Origin: Callorhinchus milii
Lineage: Eukaryota
Direction of reading: 5' to 3'
Length of the DNA stretch: 64,000 nt
NCBI RefSeq assembly: GCF_018977255.1
Contig: NW_024704742.1
Location: 36,456,001-36,520,000 of the forward strand
The position numbers and the translations under genes were made by a program. Each line of letters starts with the position of its first letter. Position 1 is the stretch's first letter. This document shows, in pieces, positions 63,333 to 64,000 of this stretch. The notes below the pieces were generated by a model. It ran no database searches and was not told the origin of the DNA. It worked only from the letters and a program-made list of their open reading frames with translations.

Positions 63333-64000
63333 AGTTAGCATGGTTTAACACTGCACCACTTAATGCAGCTCCCACTCAGTTTTTCCAAGTGACCAGTAAC
63401 AAGAATCTAGATTTTCTTTTTTGATCTTTAAAACAACAACACTATAATCAACGATGACCTTCCAGTGATCCTGTGAAAGCTGATGCTTTGCCACAAAGTA
63501 GTCTCATTAGCTGCCACACAGAAAGAGTCTCCTTGAAGTTGAATTGGCTCTCGGGTCATATGTCTGGCAACGAAATGTCTGAATCAAGCCAGCCCTCTAT
63601 GATGATCATGGTAGTCCAGTTTGTGATCCAGGCTCAACCTCACTACTCCAGGGCACTGCTTTTGATAGCACAGCAGGTTGCTCAACAGCAGGCCTTGGAG
63701 GGGCAGACTAGTCACTGGGGCAGGGATTCTTCGTTTCCTGTTAAACACGCAAGCCGAAGCCCTAACAGGTAGGCTAGTCCTTGCTGGACAAGCAGCAGGA
63801 AAGCTTGCCAGGCAGTGCCAGGCAGTGCTCTGAGTGGCAAGCTATGTGGCTTTAGTTGGTTGGACTCCAGCAGTACCACAATACACACTCTGGGATCCTC
63901 AAGCCTTGGCTCTTGCCAATCTGCATCAAATACTGTCCAGAATTAAGTAAGTAGGAGTAAGTAAGTAGTAAGTAGTATGCATTCCATTCCAGTAAATACT

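Noticed and set aside
60829-64000. First coding exon or promoter of WDFY3
   Set aside because: No MNMVKRIMGRP-like sequence and no CpG island apart from L2-derived GC-rich DNA; it must lie beyond the window.

Overview
Vertebrate genomic DNA, most likely a cartilaginous fish (chimaera/elephant-shark-like; this is inferred only from the repeat content). The whole window lies inside one minus-strand gene, WDFY3 (ALFY, autophagy-linked BEACH/WD40/FYVE scaffold). I resolved 25 consecutive GT-AG coding exons from 60828 down to 381. They total 4580 nt (about 1526 codons), all phases are compatible, and they correspond to roughly human residues 61-1585. Six of these exons are not represented in the ORF track. 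The first coding exon and the BEACH/WD40/FYVE exons lie outside the window. Introns are filled with L2 and CR1 LINE fragments, a young tRNA-Ala-headed SINE that shares its tail with the L2, older Deu-domain SINE copies, a second old SINE-like family, an unclassified medium repeat and several MITEs. I found no prokaryotic-type system or CRISPR array, and no new system is proven. The best leads are: (1) an exon whose first bases regenerate the upstream exon's donor (recursive-splice configuration); (2) near-identical inverted SINE/LINE pairs bracketing exon blocks, one of which would give a stop-free 393-nt circle; (3) headless SINE copies starting exactly at the tRNA/body junction; (4) reciprocal local templated insertions and a 21-bp-TIR palindromic element around one exon. 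Exon numbers E1-E25 are window-local. Comparisons with human WDFY3 and repeat consensus sequences are from memory, not database searches.
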